From an uncultured delta proteobacterium (GTDB lineage: Bacteria > Myxococcota_A > Polyangia > Polyangiales > Polyangiaceae), in the NCBI GenBank assembly GCA_963782055.1, contig CAWAIF010000003.1:5024001-5088000 (forward strand): a DNA stretch of 64,000 nt. The letters run 5' to 3'. Within the stretch, counting starts at the first letter, position 1. Each line of letters opens with the position of its first letter. The notes under the pieces are model-generated. The model was not told where the DNA came from and did no database searches. It worked only from the letters and a program-made list of their open reading frames with translations. Positions 22,008 to 31,639 of the stretch are shown here, piece by piece. Made by a program: the position numbers and the translations under genes.

Positions 22008-22601
22008 ATGCCCCGAGCGACGCTCCTCTTCGCCGCCGCCGTCCTCACCGTCGCCGCGTGCGCGAAGGACCCGCCCGGGACGGTCGCGCCGCCGGCGTCG
22101 ACCACCACCAGCCCGCCTCCGAGCGCTGGCGGCGGCGGGTGCGGCGAGCTCGGCGGCGCGTGCTCGCCGGAGGGCGCGTCGTGCTCGCCGCAGCCGATCG
22201 GTGGCGGATGGTCGCACGCGCTCCGTTGCAGCGGCGGCCGGTGGACCGAGCTCGAGATCGCGCCGCTGCCGCCGCCCCACCCGTCCACGACGTCGCCGCT
22301 CTCGCGGAGCGCGTCCGGCTCCGCGCACGCAACCCGCTCGCTCCCGAAGCTCGACGCCTCGTGCAACGCGGACGCCGATTGTGTGGTCTTCGACGAGGAG
22401 CTCGCGGACGCCCCTCCGACGACGTACGCGTGCTGCGGGGGCTGTACGCAACGCGCCGCGAGCAAGACGTGGCACGAGCGGTTTCGGGCGGCGTGCGCGG
22501 CCGCGCCGCCGCCGATGTGCCCGCCGATGGGTTGCGCGCAGCTGCCCGTGCGCGCGGCGTGCGTCGCGCACCGCTGCAAGGTCGTTCCCGCGGGGAAGTG
22601 A
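22008..22601 (+). CDS. Cys-rich lipoprotein
   Basis: Lipobox VAAC; two Cys-rich modules. Confidence 0.65.
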   Translation: MPRATLLFAAAVLTVAACAKDPPGTVAPPASTTTSPPPSAGGGGCGELGGACSPEGASCSPQPIGGGWSHALRCSGGRWTELEIAPLPPPHPSTTSPLSRSASGSAHATRSLPKLDASCNADADCVVFDEELADAPPTTYACCGGCTQRAASKTWHERFRAACAAAPPPMCPPMGCAQLPVRAACVAHRCKVVPAGK

Positions 22602-22754
22602 TTTCGGTCGACGGAGGCCGCTCGGACGACCCGGGCGCGGGCGCGGGTCCAGCGGCTACGGCCGAGGTGCCCCGGACGCCCCACCAGCCCCACTGGAGGG
22701 CGACGTTTTTCGTAACCCGGCCGCGCTGCCTCCCCACTGCGACCGGGAGAAACC

Positions 22755-23594
22755 ATGCGACGCCTCATCTACCTGTGCGCCTTCGGCGTGACTCTGCTGG
22801 GCTGCTACCTCGGCAACAGCGCTACGACGGGGGATCCTCGAGGGGGCGGGACGACGCCATACGACGGCGGAGGCGGCTCCTCCCTGCCCGGGGACGTGCC
22901 CTGCGACGTGGCGAGCGCGGTGGAGCTCTGCCAGGCGTGCCACGGCCCGACGCCGGCCGGGGGCGCGGCGATCTCCCTCGCTTCGTACGCGGACCTCACG
23001 GCTGACTCCCCGCAGTACCCTGGCCAGACGGAGGCGCAGCGCGCCGTCGCCCGCATGCAAGGCAACCCGTCGGCGATGCCGCCGGCGCCGGCCTCCCCCC
23101 CGCCGCAGGCGAACATCGACGCGCTCAACACCTGGATCGCCGCGGGGTACCCCAAGGGCACCTGCGGGGGAGCGCAGTCGGTGTGCACGAGCGGCAGGAC
23201 CGTGACCCTCAACGAGGGCCGGGACATGCAACCGGGAGCGGCGTGCATCACCTGCCACCAGGGCTCGGGGGGCGAGGCGCGGATCTACACGTTCATGGGC
23301 ACGGTCTATCCCACCCTGCACGAGCCGGACAACTGCGCCGGCGCGTCCTCCTCGTCGTACGCCGGCGCGCAGGTCACGGTCATCGACGCGCACGGCAACA
23401 CCTTCTCCATGACGCCAAACAGCAGCGGCAACTTCATGGGCTCGCCGACCTCCTTCACGATGCCCTTCACCGCGAAGGTCACCTACCAGGGCCGCGAGAT
23501 CGACATGACGACGCCGCAGACCAGCGGCGACTGCAACGCGTGCCACACCGAGCAAGGCGCGAGCAGCGCCCCGGGGCGGGTCGTGCTGCCGTGA
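22755..23594 (+). CDS. Triheme c-type cytochrome lipoprotein
   Basis: Lipobox LLGC; CQACH, CITCH, CNACH. Confidence 0.85.
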   Translation: MRRLIYLCAFGVTLLGCYLGNSATTGDPRGGGTTPYDGGGGSSLPGDVPCDVASAVELCQACHGPTPAGGAAISLASYADLTADSPQYPGQTEAQRAVARMQGNPSAMPPAPASPPPQANIDALNTWIAAGYPKGTCGGAQSVCTSGRTVTLNEGRDMQPGAACITCHQGSGGEARIYTFMGTVYPTLHEPDNCAGASSSSYAGAQVTVIDAHGNTFSMTPNSSGNFMGSPTSFTMPFTAKVTYQGREIDMTTPQTSGDCNACHTEQGASSAPGRVVLP

Positions 23595-23634
23595 GCTGAG
23601 GCCAGGGCTCCGCGGCTCGTTCGGGGGCGCTCTG

Positions 23635-24381
23635 CTAGTGCTTCTTCTCGAACTTGTCGGTGTAGATGCTGACGTAGATCCCCTTGTGCGGGACCGCCGG
23701 CGGGATCTCCACCGCGACGAGCACCTTGCCGACCTTGCGCACCTCGGTCGTCGACGGACCGCCGATACGCCAGCCGTTCGTGGCCAAGGAGAGCGGGTAC
23801 TTCGCCTTCGCGCTCAGGCCGCGCACGTAGTCGTAGAGTCCCCCTTCGATCTGCGCCTCGTCGCCGTCGTTCTTCAGCAAGCTGGCGAGCTCGATCGTCG
23901 CCGCGAGCATCGCGGGCTTGTCCCCCGGATCGGTCGGCTTGATCGTCGAGATCCAGGCGAAGCGATCGCCGCCGCGCTTGCCCACCGCGAGCGCGGAGAG
24001 CTCGACGTTCTTCTGCAGCGACTGCGCCGCCGGAAAATCGTCGGAGAGGCCGATGCTGAAGCCGAGGTAGCTGCCGGCGTCGTCGAGCGAGCCGTCGCGC
24101 TCGCCCTTGTCGAAGCCATCGGCGAGGCACCACAGGCGGTTCGGGCCCGTCTTCGTGGGGCAGCCGGCGGCCTTCGAGAGGGCGCTCATCAGACGGGGGA
24201 CGATGGCCTGATCGGTGATCGGGGCGACGGTCGCGGTCGCGGTCGCCGTCGCCGCCGTCGCGGTCGCGATGCTGGTCGTGCCGCCGCCGTCGCTTGCGTG
24301 CTTGTGGCCCTTGCAGGCGAGCACGCCGGCGAGCAGGAGGGTGGCGGCAGCCGTGACCGACAGGCGCTCGGGAATGCTCAT
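23635..24381 (-). CDS. Hypothetical lipoprotein
   Basis: Lipobox VLAC, Ala/Thr linker; ATGA overlap with the lipocalin stop. Confidence 0.7.
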   Translation of the reverse strand: MSIPERLSVTAAATLLLAGVLACKGHKHASDGGGTTSIATATAATATATATVAPITDQAIVPRLMSALSKAAGCPTKTGPNRLWCLADGFDKGERDGSLDDAGSYLGFSIGLSDDFPAAQSLQKNVELSALAVGKRGGDRFAWISTIKPTDPGDKPAMLAATIELASLLKNDGDEAQIEGGLYDYVRGLSAKAKYPLSLATNGWRIGGPSTTEVRKVGKVLVAVEIPPAVPHKGIYVSIYTDKFEKKH

Positions 24382-25016
24382 TGGGTCCTTCGTCTGCGGA
24401 CCGTGAGGGCGAGCAGGCCGGCCATCGTCAAGATCAGCCCCGCGCCGTCGTGCGCCCCGCCGGCGCCGCCGGCGTCGCAGCCGCTCGAGGGGGGTGGAGC
24501 CGGCGGCGGCGTGCTGTCCTGGTCGGTATACTCGATCTTGGTCGTGTCGAAGCCGTCGTCGCTGGCGAACTTCAGCGCCGCGTCGATGTCGCTCTGCGCC
24601 ATGTGCTTGTCGCGGGCGAGGATCCACAGGTACTGCCGGGACGGGTGGCCGACGACGAACCAGCTCTGGTCGGGGGCCATGTACAGGACGTCGTAGTCCC
24701 CGAGGAAGCCGCCCAGGTCGATCTTCAGCCGGCCCTGCTCCGAGGGGTTGGAGGCGTAGAGCGCCGCGGTGGACGTCAGGTGCTCGCCGTTGGCCAGCAC
24801 GCAGTCGTGCACGACCCCCATCTTGGACGAGTCGATGGCCTTGTACGTCGCCACCGTGTGGCTGCAACCCTGCTCGGTGGGCCGCGGCAGGTGGGCGATC
24901 TCGTACCAGGTGCCCTGGAGCTGAGCGAGCTTCACGTCGGGCGCCACGTCGAGCGGCGGATCGCACGCCGCCGTCGCGAGCGCCACGCAGAGGAGAGCCA
25001 CCTTCACGACGTTCAT
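24378..25016 (-). CDS. Blc-type lipocalin with C-terminal MYXO-CTERM sorting signal
   Basis: GTWYEIA and YLWILAR lipocalin motifs; ends SSGC...TM...RRRR. Confidence 0.85.
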   Translation of the reverse strand: MNVVKVALLCVALATAACDPPLDVAPDVKLAQLQGTWYEIAHLPRPTEQGCSHTVATYKAIDSSKMGVVHDCVLANGEHLTSTAALYASNPSEQGRLKIDLGGFLGDYDVLYMAPDQSWFVVGHPSRQYLWILARDKHMAQSDIDAALKFASDDGFDTTKIEYTDQDSTPPPAPPPSSGCDAGGAGGAHDGAGLILTMAGLLALTVRRRRTQ

Positions 25017-25522
25017 GCTCGCCTCCTCCTTCGCCGAAGGATCACGCCGCCCACGAGCAGCGCCGCGATCGCCGGCACCATCGGGCCGGTGCCGCCCGGC
25101 GACGCGCCGCAGCCGTAGATCACGACGTCGCCCGTGTTGCCGCCGCCGGCGGTGCCCCCGTCGCACTGGACGTTCGCGTTCGGGTCGTTGCACGCCTTGA
25201 GCTCGTCGGTGTCGATCAGGCCGTCGCAGTTGGTGTCGATCTTGTTCGACGTCATCTGGGTGAGGGCGGCCTGCAGCGACGCCTGGTCGTACTTCACCAG
25301 GCCGTAGATCTGCATCTGCCGGCCGAACGGCTTGGTGATGGTGCCCGCACCGCCTGCGTTGTTGGTGTGGCACACGTTGCACTGGGGCACGCACGAGACG
25401 CCCAGGTCCGACGCGATCGCCGCGGGGAAGTCGGGCGTGGCCCGCGCGACCGCCGGCGTCAGCAGGAGCGCCGCCGCGATCGACGCGAGCACGAGGGCGT
25501 GGCGGGTCGGGGAGGCGGACAT
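25013..25522 (-). CDS. Monoheme c-type cytochrome-like surface protein with MYXO-CTERM
   Basis: Signal peptide, CNVCH, DxNxDG Ca-binding-like loop, YGC...TM...RRRRRR. Confidence 0.75.
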   Translation of the reverse strand: MSASPTRHALVLASIAAALLLTPAVARATPDFPAAIASDLGVSCVPQCNVCHTNNAGGAGTITKPFGRQMQIYGLVKYDQASLQAALTQMTSNKIDTNCDGLIDTDELKACNDPNANVQCDGGTAGGGNTGDVVIYGCGASPGGTGPMVPAIAALLVGGVILRRRRRRA

Positions 25523-26787
25523 CAGAGGTACCCGTGGAGCTGGAAGAGGAAGGACGTCACGTCGGAGCGGGAGGACACGCCGGCGATGGACTGCTGCACC
25601 CAGTCGAAGCGGAAGTCGAAGTGGGGCGCGAAGAACCACCAGACCCCGAGCCAGCCACCCACCGACGTGGACACCTGATCGAAGGACGGGTTGTAGAACT
25701 CACCGGTGGCGAGGATGTGGATGCCCTGGAACACCTGCACGTCCGCCTGGAGGTAGCCCACCGTGCCGAAGTGGTTCTCCGCCTGGCCGGAGACGAGCTC
25801 CGAGTTGAAGAGCAGGTCCGCCTCCGCGAGCAGGACGAGCGGCTCCACGGGCGAGACCCGGGCGAACAAGCCGTGGGCCTGGCGCCACGCCGGTCCCGGC
25901 TGCACCGCGGGGTTCATCTCCTTGCCGATGAGATCCGTTCGCGACTCGTCCGCGTGCGTGATCTCGGAGCTCACGCCGAAGCCCATCTTCTCCGCGGCGA
26001 GCCACTCGAGGTAGGCGGAGCCACCGCGCTCGTGCGGGCCGTCCCAGCTGCTGGCCCCGTGGATCTGGTAGTTGCCGAGGATGGCCATCGCCTCCCCGCG
26101 GAAGTGCTCCCCGGTGTACGCGAGGGAGAGGCCGTGCTCCTGCGCGGCGTTGATGTCACTGCGCGTGGCGACGCGCGCCCAGAGCGTGTGCTCCACCGAT
26201 CTCAGCCCGAAGGGCACGTTCATCCTGCCGAGGCGCAGCAGGAACTGGTTGTCCGCGCCCAGATCGACGCCCATCCAGTACTGCCGCGCGACGATGGCGC
26301 CCCAGTCGGCTGGCTGGTTGGTCACCGAGGCGGCGAGCGCGCCGCTGTCGCGATTGTAGCCGATGCTCCCGTTCAGGCGGAACCGGCCGAACTTGAGCTG
26401 CGCGGACTGGTCGGCCTGCATCAGCACGACGCGCGGGGTCGCGTACCCGGACGAGCTCGTCCCGTTGACGTACAGGAGCGTGCGCACGTCCGTCTGCAGC
26501 AGCAGCTGATCGGGCAGCGTCACGCCGCCGAACAGGAAGTTGCCGAGGGTCCCGGGGTCCTCAATCTTCCCCTTGTAAGGCGTGCGGAGGACCACCTCCT
26601 CCATCCCGCGGCCGTACTGCGTGAGGATCCCCGAACCGGATGGGTCCGCGTGGCACGTGTTGCACGTGTTGTAGCCCTCGCGGATCATCCACGGGAACGC
26701 GTGGGCGGTGCGGCTGGACAGCACCACGTACAGCATCACCGCGAGCGCACCGAGGGCGCGCAGCACCAGTTGGGTCGACCGAGTCAT
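25522..26787 (-). CDS. Outer-membrane beta-barrel with N-terminal CxxCH heme motif
   Basis: Signal peptide ending AHA, CNTCH, amphipathic beta-strands, terminal FQLHGYL. Confidence 0.75.
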   Translation of the reverse strand: MTRSTQLVLRALGALAVMLYVVLSSRTAHAFPWMIREGYNTCNTCHADPSGSGILTQYGRGMEEVVLRTPYKGKIEDPGTLGNFLFGGVTLPDQLLLQTDVRTLLYVNGTSSSGYATPRVVLMQADQSAQLKFGRFRLNGSIGYNRDSGALAASVTNQPADWGAIVARQYWMGVDLGADNQFLLRLGRMNVPFGLRSVEHTLWARVATRSDINAAQEHGLSLAYTGEHFRGEAMAILGNYQIHGASSWDGPHERGGSAYLEWLAAEKMGFGVSSEITHADESRTDLIGKEMNPAVQPGPAWRQAHGLFARVSPVEPLVLLAEADLLFNSELVSGQAENHFGTVGYLQADVQVFQGIHILATGEFYNPSFDQVSTSVGGWLGVWWFFAPHFDFRFDWVQQSIAGVSSRSDVTSFLFQLHGYL

Positions 26788-26821
26788 GCGTGCGTCGAAG
26801 GCTTTGGAGGGGCCTCTCCCG

Positions 26822-27004
26822 CTACTCCGTGGCGTTGAACTCCACCTGCACGTCCACCCCGGGCTTCACCGTGATGCCAAGAGACGAAGGGGTCGGGGTG
26901 CCGCAGTCGCGGATGTCGAGGCGAACCGTCCCGAGCTCGCGCAGCGTACTCCGAGTCCTGCCGAGGGTGTAGTGAAACGTTCTCGCCTTGGACTTGCCGT
27001 GGAG
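26822..27004 (-). pseudogene. C-terminal remnant of a YceI-like protein
   Basis: LHGKSK...GTVRLDIRDCGT.TPS.LGITVKP.VDVQVEF resembles a YceI C-terminal half; many atypical codons; no room for the N-terminal half. Confidence 0.55.
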
Positions 27005-27109
27005 TCTTCGCCATCCTTCCATCGCGTGGGCGCGAACCGGGTGCGCCCTTCGTGCAACGGTCGCCCAAGACGGAAGACCCCGCACAAGTCCAACACGCGG
27101 AGGGAGCGG

Positions 27110-28528
27110 ATGATGTCCAGGACGATTTCGGTGTTCATTGCAGGACTCGTCACCTTCGCGCTCGGGTGCGGAGCGGAGACCGCCGCGGGCAAGATCGGCC
27201 CTGTCCCGGTGCCCCCCACGCCGCCCCCCCCTGTCGTCCACGGTGTTGCGGCCACGCAGTTTCGCGCGGCCATGGCCGCCTTCATCGCGCACGACACCGC
27301 GAGCCCGCCGTCGTGGGACGCCGCGAGCTGCGCCGAGGTCGCCCGGATGTTCGACGCCTCGGCCTCCTCGCACGGCAAGTTCCCCGAGGCCACCTTCGAC
27401 GCCGGCCTCGCCTACCAGCGCTGTCACGACTCCAGCGCGGCGCTCGAGCACTTCCAGAAGGCGCTCGCCCAGGACGCGAAGTTCCACCCCGCGCGCGTGC
27501 AGGTCGCCCTCTACCGCTACAGGGCGGATGGCAACATCGACACGGCGATCGCCCAGCTCCACCGAGCCGTCCTCGACGCCCAGTTCCGCGACGTCGCCGC
27601 CCTCGTCAACCTCGCGATGCTCCAGATGCAGCGCGGCGCCCCCACCGCCGGCATCCGCTGCAGCGACGACATGGAGTGTGCGAAGACGAACCTCCAGCGC
27701 GCGCTCGCGATCGACGACAGCTACATGCCTGCGTTCAATCAGCTCGCCCTCTTCTACCTTCAGCAGGCGAAGGCCCGCGCCGGGGAGAGCACCCATCGCG
27801 GCGGCCGCAGCGTCGCCACCAGCGTGTCGACGACGAAGCGCGCCGACGTCCAGCAGCTCGAGCTCGCCGCGCTCGTCTGCTCGCAGGCCATCCGCAAGAG
27901 TCCCGACTACGCGCCCATCCACAACACCGCAGGCCTGATCCAGAACGAGCTCGGCTCCATCAACGGCGCCGTCGCCGAGTTCGCCACGGCCGCCCGCCTC
28001 GACCCGGGCTTCTTCGAGGCGCGGATGAACTACGCCGCGGTCAACCTCTCCTTCCGCGGCTTCGGTCAGGCCGAGAGCGCCTACAAGCGCGCGCTCGCGC
28101 TGCCCGGGCACGAGAAGGACTACGACGCGCACCTCGGCCTGGCGCTGGCGCTGCGCGGCCAGATCACCGACGCCAACTACGAGGCGCAGGTCGCCGCAGT
28201 GCAGTCGCAGCTCGACACGTGCAAGTCGGTCGACCCGAGCCGCCCCGACGCCTACTTCAACGAGGGCATCCTCACGCAGGAGTACAAGGCGAAGGCAGGG
28301 ACCAGCGCGGACGCGACCATCGCGTCCCTCGAGGCGGCCATCGCCAGCCTGACCGACTTCGTGGCGAAGGCCGCGGGGAAGCCGGCGTACGACGGCGCGG
28401 TGAAGCGGGCGGAGGAGCGGATCCAGGACGCGAGGGACACCATCAGCTTCCTCCGGGTGCCGAAGCTCACGCCCCAGGCCGGTGCGGCGCCCGGGAGTGG
28501 ATCGGCTCCCACGCGCGCCGGCGAGTGA
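27110..28528 (+). CDS. TPR-repeat lipoprotein, myxobacterial gliding AglT/GltE-like paralog
   Basis: Lipobox ALGC; multiple TPR helical repeats. Confidence 0.75.
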   Translation: MMSRTISVFIAGLVTFALGCGAETAAGKIGPVPVPPTPPPPVVHGVAATQFRAAMAAFIAHDTASPPSWDAASCAEVARMFDASASSHGKFPEATFDAGLAYQRCHDSSAALEHFQKALAQDAKFHPARVQVALYRYRADGNIDTAIAQLHRAVLDAQFRDVAALVNLAMLQMQRGAPTAGIRCSDDMECAKTNLQRALAIDDSYMPAFNQLALFYLQQAKARAGESTHRGGRSVATSVSTTKRADVQQLELAALVCSQAIRKSPDYAPIHNTAGLIQNELGSINGAVAEFATAARLDPGFFEARMNYAAVNLSFRGFGQAESAYKRALALPGHEKDYDAHLGLALALRGQITDANYEAQVAAVQSQLDTCKSVDPSRPDAYFNEGILTQEYKAKAGTSADATIASLEAAIASLTDFVAKAAGKPAYDGAVKRAEERIQDARDTISFLRVPKLTPQAGAAPGSGSAPTRAGE

Positions 28529-28597
28529 GCTGCATCGAGAACGGAGGGCGATCGCGCGTGCCACCAGGTTCCGAGACACGTAGCCTGGACGCGCGAC

Positions 28598-28624
28598 GAG
28601 GACCTCCGTCGCACGGAGGTCCTC
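28598..28624 (+). promoter_or_regulatory. Perfect 12-bp hairpin occluding the SD of the downstream gene
   Basis: gaggacctccgt-cgc-acggaggtcctc; GGAGG at 28615-28619 is in the 3' arm, ATG at 28628. Confidence 0.5.
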
Positions 28625-28627
28625 CGC

Positions 28628-29560
28628 ATGTCGAGCAACGCGTACACGACCCAGCTACGCGCCCTGATGTGTCCTACCTGCGGCGCGCCGGTCACGATGT
28701 CACCGCAGGGCGGCACCTACCAGTGCGGCTACTGCCGCGCCGTGGGCAGCGTCGGCGCGCGCAACGACGCGCCCCAGCAGCGGCCGCCGCCCTCGCCCGC
28801 CGAGGAGCAAGCGCGGATCGCCAAGCTGCGCTTCCAGTACGAGCAAGGCCCCCAGGCGAGCCCCTACACCACCTTCTCTGCGCCCACCGACGTCACGCAC
28901 CTCGCCAAGCTCCGGCCGCCGCATAGCTGGGGTCCGTGGTTCGAGGCGTGGAAGTACGCCGTCGCGCTGCTCGCGCAGGACCCGAGCGCGCACAACCAGA
29001 AGCGCGTGGCCTGGCTGGCGCAGCTCACGACGACGGGCATCCTCGATCTGTCGACGAGCGACCCGGTGCGGGCCCGCGCCATCCGCGAGACCGCGCTCGA
29101 GCTTTTGTCCGACCCGGGCCACAAGCACCTGATCCGCTGCGCCCTCAGCCGCGCCGCGTGCCTGCAGAGCGACCTGCCCTCCGCGGAGCAGTGGCTCGCG
29201 GCGTGCGACCCGTACCCCGGCAACATCACGCTCGACACCGACTATCGTCTCTCGGCTTCGTACCTTCACGTCGCTCACGGTCGCGCGGGCGCGATCTTGG
29301 AGACCCTCGGCAACCAGCCGGGCGCCGTACCGATCGACTACGGGCGCGACATGCTCGCCGGACTGCTGCGGGTGCACGCGTGCGAGGAGCTGGGCTACCC
29401 GCAGGCGGCGGACGGCCAGCTCGGCTGGCTGTACGAGCAGGAGAAGCAGCTCGATGGGCCCATCATCCTGTCGATCCTCAAGGCCAACGCGGCCCTCAAC
29501 CTGTGCCGGCGCACGTGCGCGCGACTCCGGATCCGAGATCCCGCAGTGAGCGTCGGGTGA
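28628..29560 (+). CDS. Hypothetical protein with N-terminal zinc ribbon and helical repeats
   Basis: CPTCGAP...CGYC. Confidence 0.7.
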   Translation: MSSNAYTTQLRALMCPTCGAPVTMSPQGGTYQCGYCRAVGSVGARNDAPQQRPPPSPAEEQARIAKLRFQYEQGPQASPYTTFSAPTDVTHLAKLRPPHSWGPWFEAWKYAVALLAQDPSAHNQKRVAWLAQLTTTGILDLSTSDPVRARAIRETALELLSDPGHKHLIRCALSRAACLQSDLPSAEQWLAACDPYPGNITLDTDYRLSASYLHVAHGRAGAILETLGNQPGAVPIDYGRDMLAGLLRVHACEELGYPQAADGQLGWLYEQEKQLDGPIILSILKANAALNLCRRTCARLRIRDPAVSVG

Positions 29561-29613
29561 GCCCCGGCGAGCCCGATGTGCCTCACGACGCGGCGACGAA
29601 GACGTCGACCCAT

Positions 29614-30916
29614 TCAGCGCGCCAGCACCGTCCCGAAGCGCGGCGCGGGGCTGATCACGCCGCCGGCGGGCACCTCGGTCTTGCCGCTGCGCGAGTGGAG
29701 GACGACGCGGCCCACCGCCCCTCCCCCGCCGCATGCGTACCGGGAGGAGAGACCGCCCGGAGCATCGTCACCCTGACCGGCGGGGCCCTCCAGCAATCCG
29801 CCGCGACCGCCGTCGGTCCCGGCAGTGGTCGCCTGCGCCGCGCCGAGAATGCCGTCCGCTCCCCCGGCGCCGCACCCGCCGGCACCCCCATTGGCCGCGG
29901 CCGCGGCGGCCGGGGTCACGTCGATCACCGGCGCCTCCAGCAGCGCCATGCCGCCGGCGCCGCCACCGCCCTTGCCTCCGGTCGTGCCCACGCCGCCGCA
30001 CCCGCACGCGTCGATGGACGCGCCCAGCTCCAGCGTGTCGCCCGCCACGAGCTGGACGGCCCCGCCGCCGGCGCCACCCGCTCCCTTGCCCTGCGAGCCT
30101 CCGCCGCTGCCGCCGAAGATGGCGAGCAAGCCGCCGTCGAGCGACGGAAGCGGCGCGCCGCCCTCGCCTCCGGCGAACTTGAGGATGGATCCGCCCGCGC
30201 CGCCGGCCGCCCCGTGACCGGCGCCGCCTCCGCCCGCGTAGCACGAGACCCCCATCGAGTCGCAGAATCCCACCCGCGCCGTGCCCGCCCGGAGACGGGC
30301 CTTGCTCCGCGCCGTATCCGCCCGGGCCCGGCGCACCGGCCTCGCAGTCACCGCGCACCGTCAGCGGCCCCTCCAGCAGCATCTTCGTCGCGGCGAGGAT
30401 GGCCGCGGCGCGGCTCCCGATCACGGTCACGTGGGTCGTCTTCGCGATGAGGAGCGAGCGGAAGCCGAAGATGCCCAGCTTCGGCGAGGGCACCGTGAGC
30501 CGCGAGTCGTCGAGCTGATCGGCCAGGCGGAAGGTGATGCCGCTCGCGGCGTCCACGCCGACGCCCGGCGCGCGCACCACCGTGGCGCCGCTGGAGATGG
30601 CGCCGTCGTCGGTGTCGATGACATAGCCGTCCGGCGAGGTCCACGTCGCCTCCGCGGTGGCCGGCTCGTAATCGGTGGGGTCCGCGACGCCCGCGGGGTC
30701 GATCTCCCTGCACCGCGGCGAAGGGTCCGCCACGCAGCCGAGGGGGCACGGCTGCACGCCGCCGTCACACGCCTTCAGCCCCGTGGCGTCGGCGGTGCAC
30801 GCGACGCCGCACGGCGTCCCGCCGTCCTCGCCCCGGCCCAGGTCGTCCAGCGAGGTGATCAGGCTGCACCCGACCAGGCCCGCGGCGACCGCGCTCAGAA
30901 GGAGCCCCCAGCGCAT
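29614..30916 (-). pseudogene. Gly-rich secreted lipoprotein interrupted by a +1 frameshift near 30270-30277
   Basis: Lipobox LVGC. Removing one G from a GGG run joins ...GGHGA to VGFCDSMGVSCYAGGGGAGHG... with GGGSGG/GGGGAGG repeats. Confidence 0.7.
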
Positions 30917-31016
30917 CCCGCGAAGGTAGACCCGCCGTGGGGTGGCGTCGAGGGCGGCCGAGCGTCCACCTTCGCCGCGGTTGGCGCGCCGTCCGGCGCG
31001 TTGGTATCGTCGGGGG

Positions 31017-31586
31017 ATGAAGGGCGTGTCTCTGCTCGCGACCGCGCTGCTCGCCGGCTGCAACGCGTACGCCTCACGGCCCCCCGTGAACGCGGTGAAG
31101 GACGCGCCCATTGCCCACTTCGCGCGGGTGCGCGACGGACTGTATCGCGGCGGGCACCCGTCGGCGGCGGGGCTGGACTACCTGAAGGCGCACGGCGTGC
31201 GGACCATCGTCGACCTGGAGGTCGCCGACCTCGTCGAGGCCTCTCCCGGCGCCATCCACGACGAGGAGCGCGGCGCGAAGGTGCGCGGCATCCGGTGGGT
31301 GCACGCGCCGATGAGCGCCTTCGAGCCCGCGCTCAGCGGTCGCTTCGACGCGCAGGTGGACCGCCTGATGACCGTGCTGGCCGACCCGCACGCCGGACCG
31401 GTCTACGTCCACTGCCTGCACGGCCAGGACCGGACGGGCCTGGTCATCGGGCTGGAGCGGGTGATCGTCGAGGGCTGGACACCCGGCCGCGCGCACGCCG
31501 AGATGGTCCGCGACGGCTTCCACACGGCGTTCGCCGGGCTGGATGGCTACTTCGAGCGCAAGACCCACTCCGAAGCGGACCGGTGA
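31017..31586 (+). CDS. Cys-based protein tyrosine/dual-specificity phosphatase lipoprotein
   Basis: LYRGGHP and VHCLHGQDRTG (CX5R); lipobox LLAGC. Confidence 0.88.
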   Translation: MKGVSLLATALLAGCNAYASRPPVNAVKDAPIAHFARVRDGLYRGGHPSAAGLDYLKAHGVRTIVDLEVADLVEASPGAIHDEERGAKVRGIRWVHAPMSAFEPALSGRFDAQVDRLMTVLADPHAGPVYVHCLHGQDRTGLVIGLERVIVEGWTPGRAHAEMVRDGFHTAFAGLDGYFERKTHSEADR

Positions 31587-31639
31587 CGCTTCGCGATCAG
31601 GGCCGCTCGACGCGGCCTCGATCGGTGCGGAGGCCCGGG

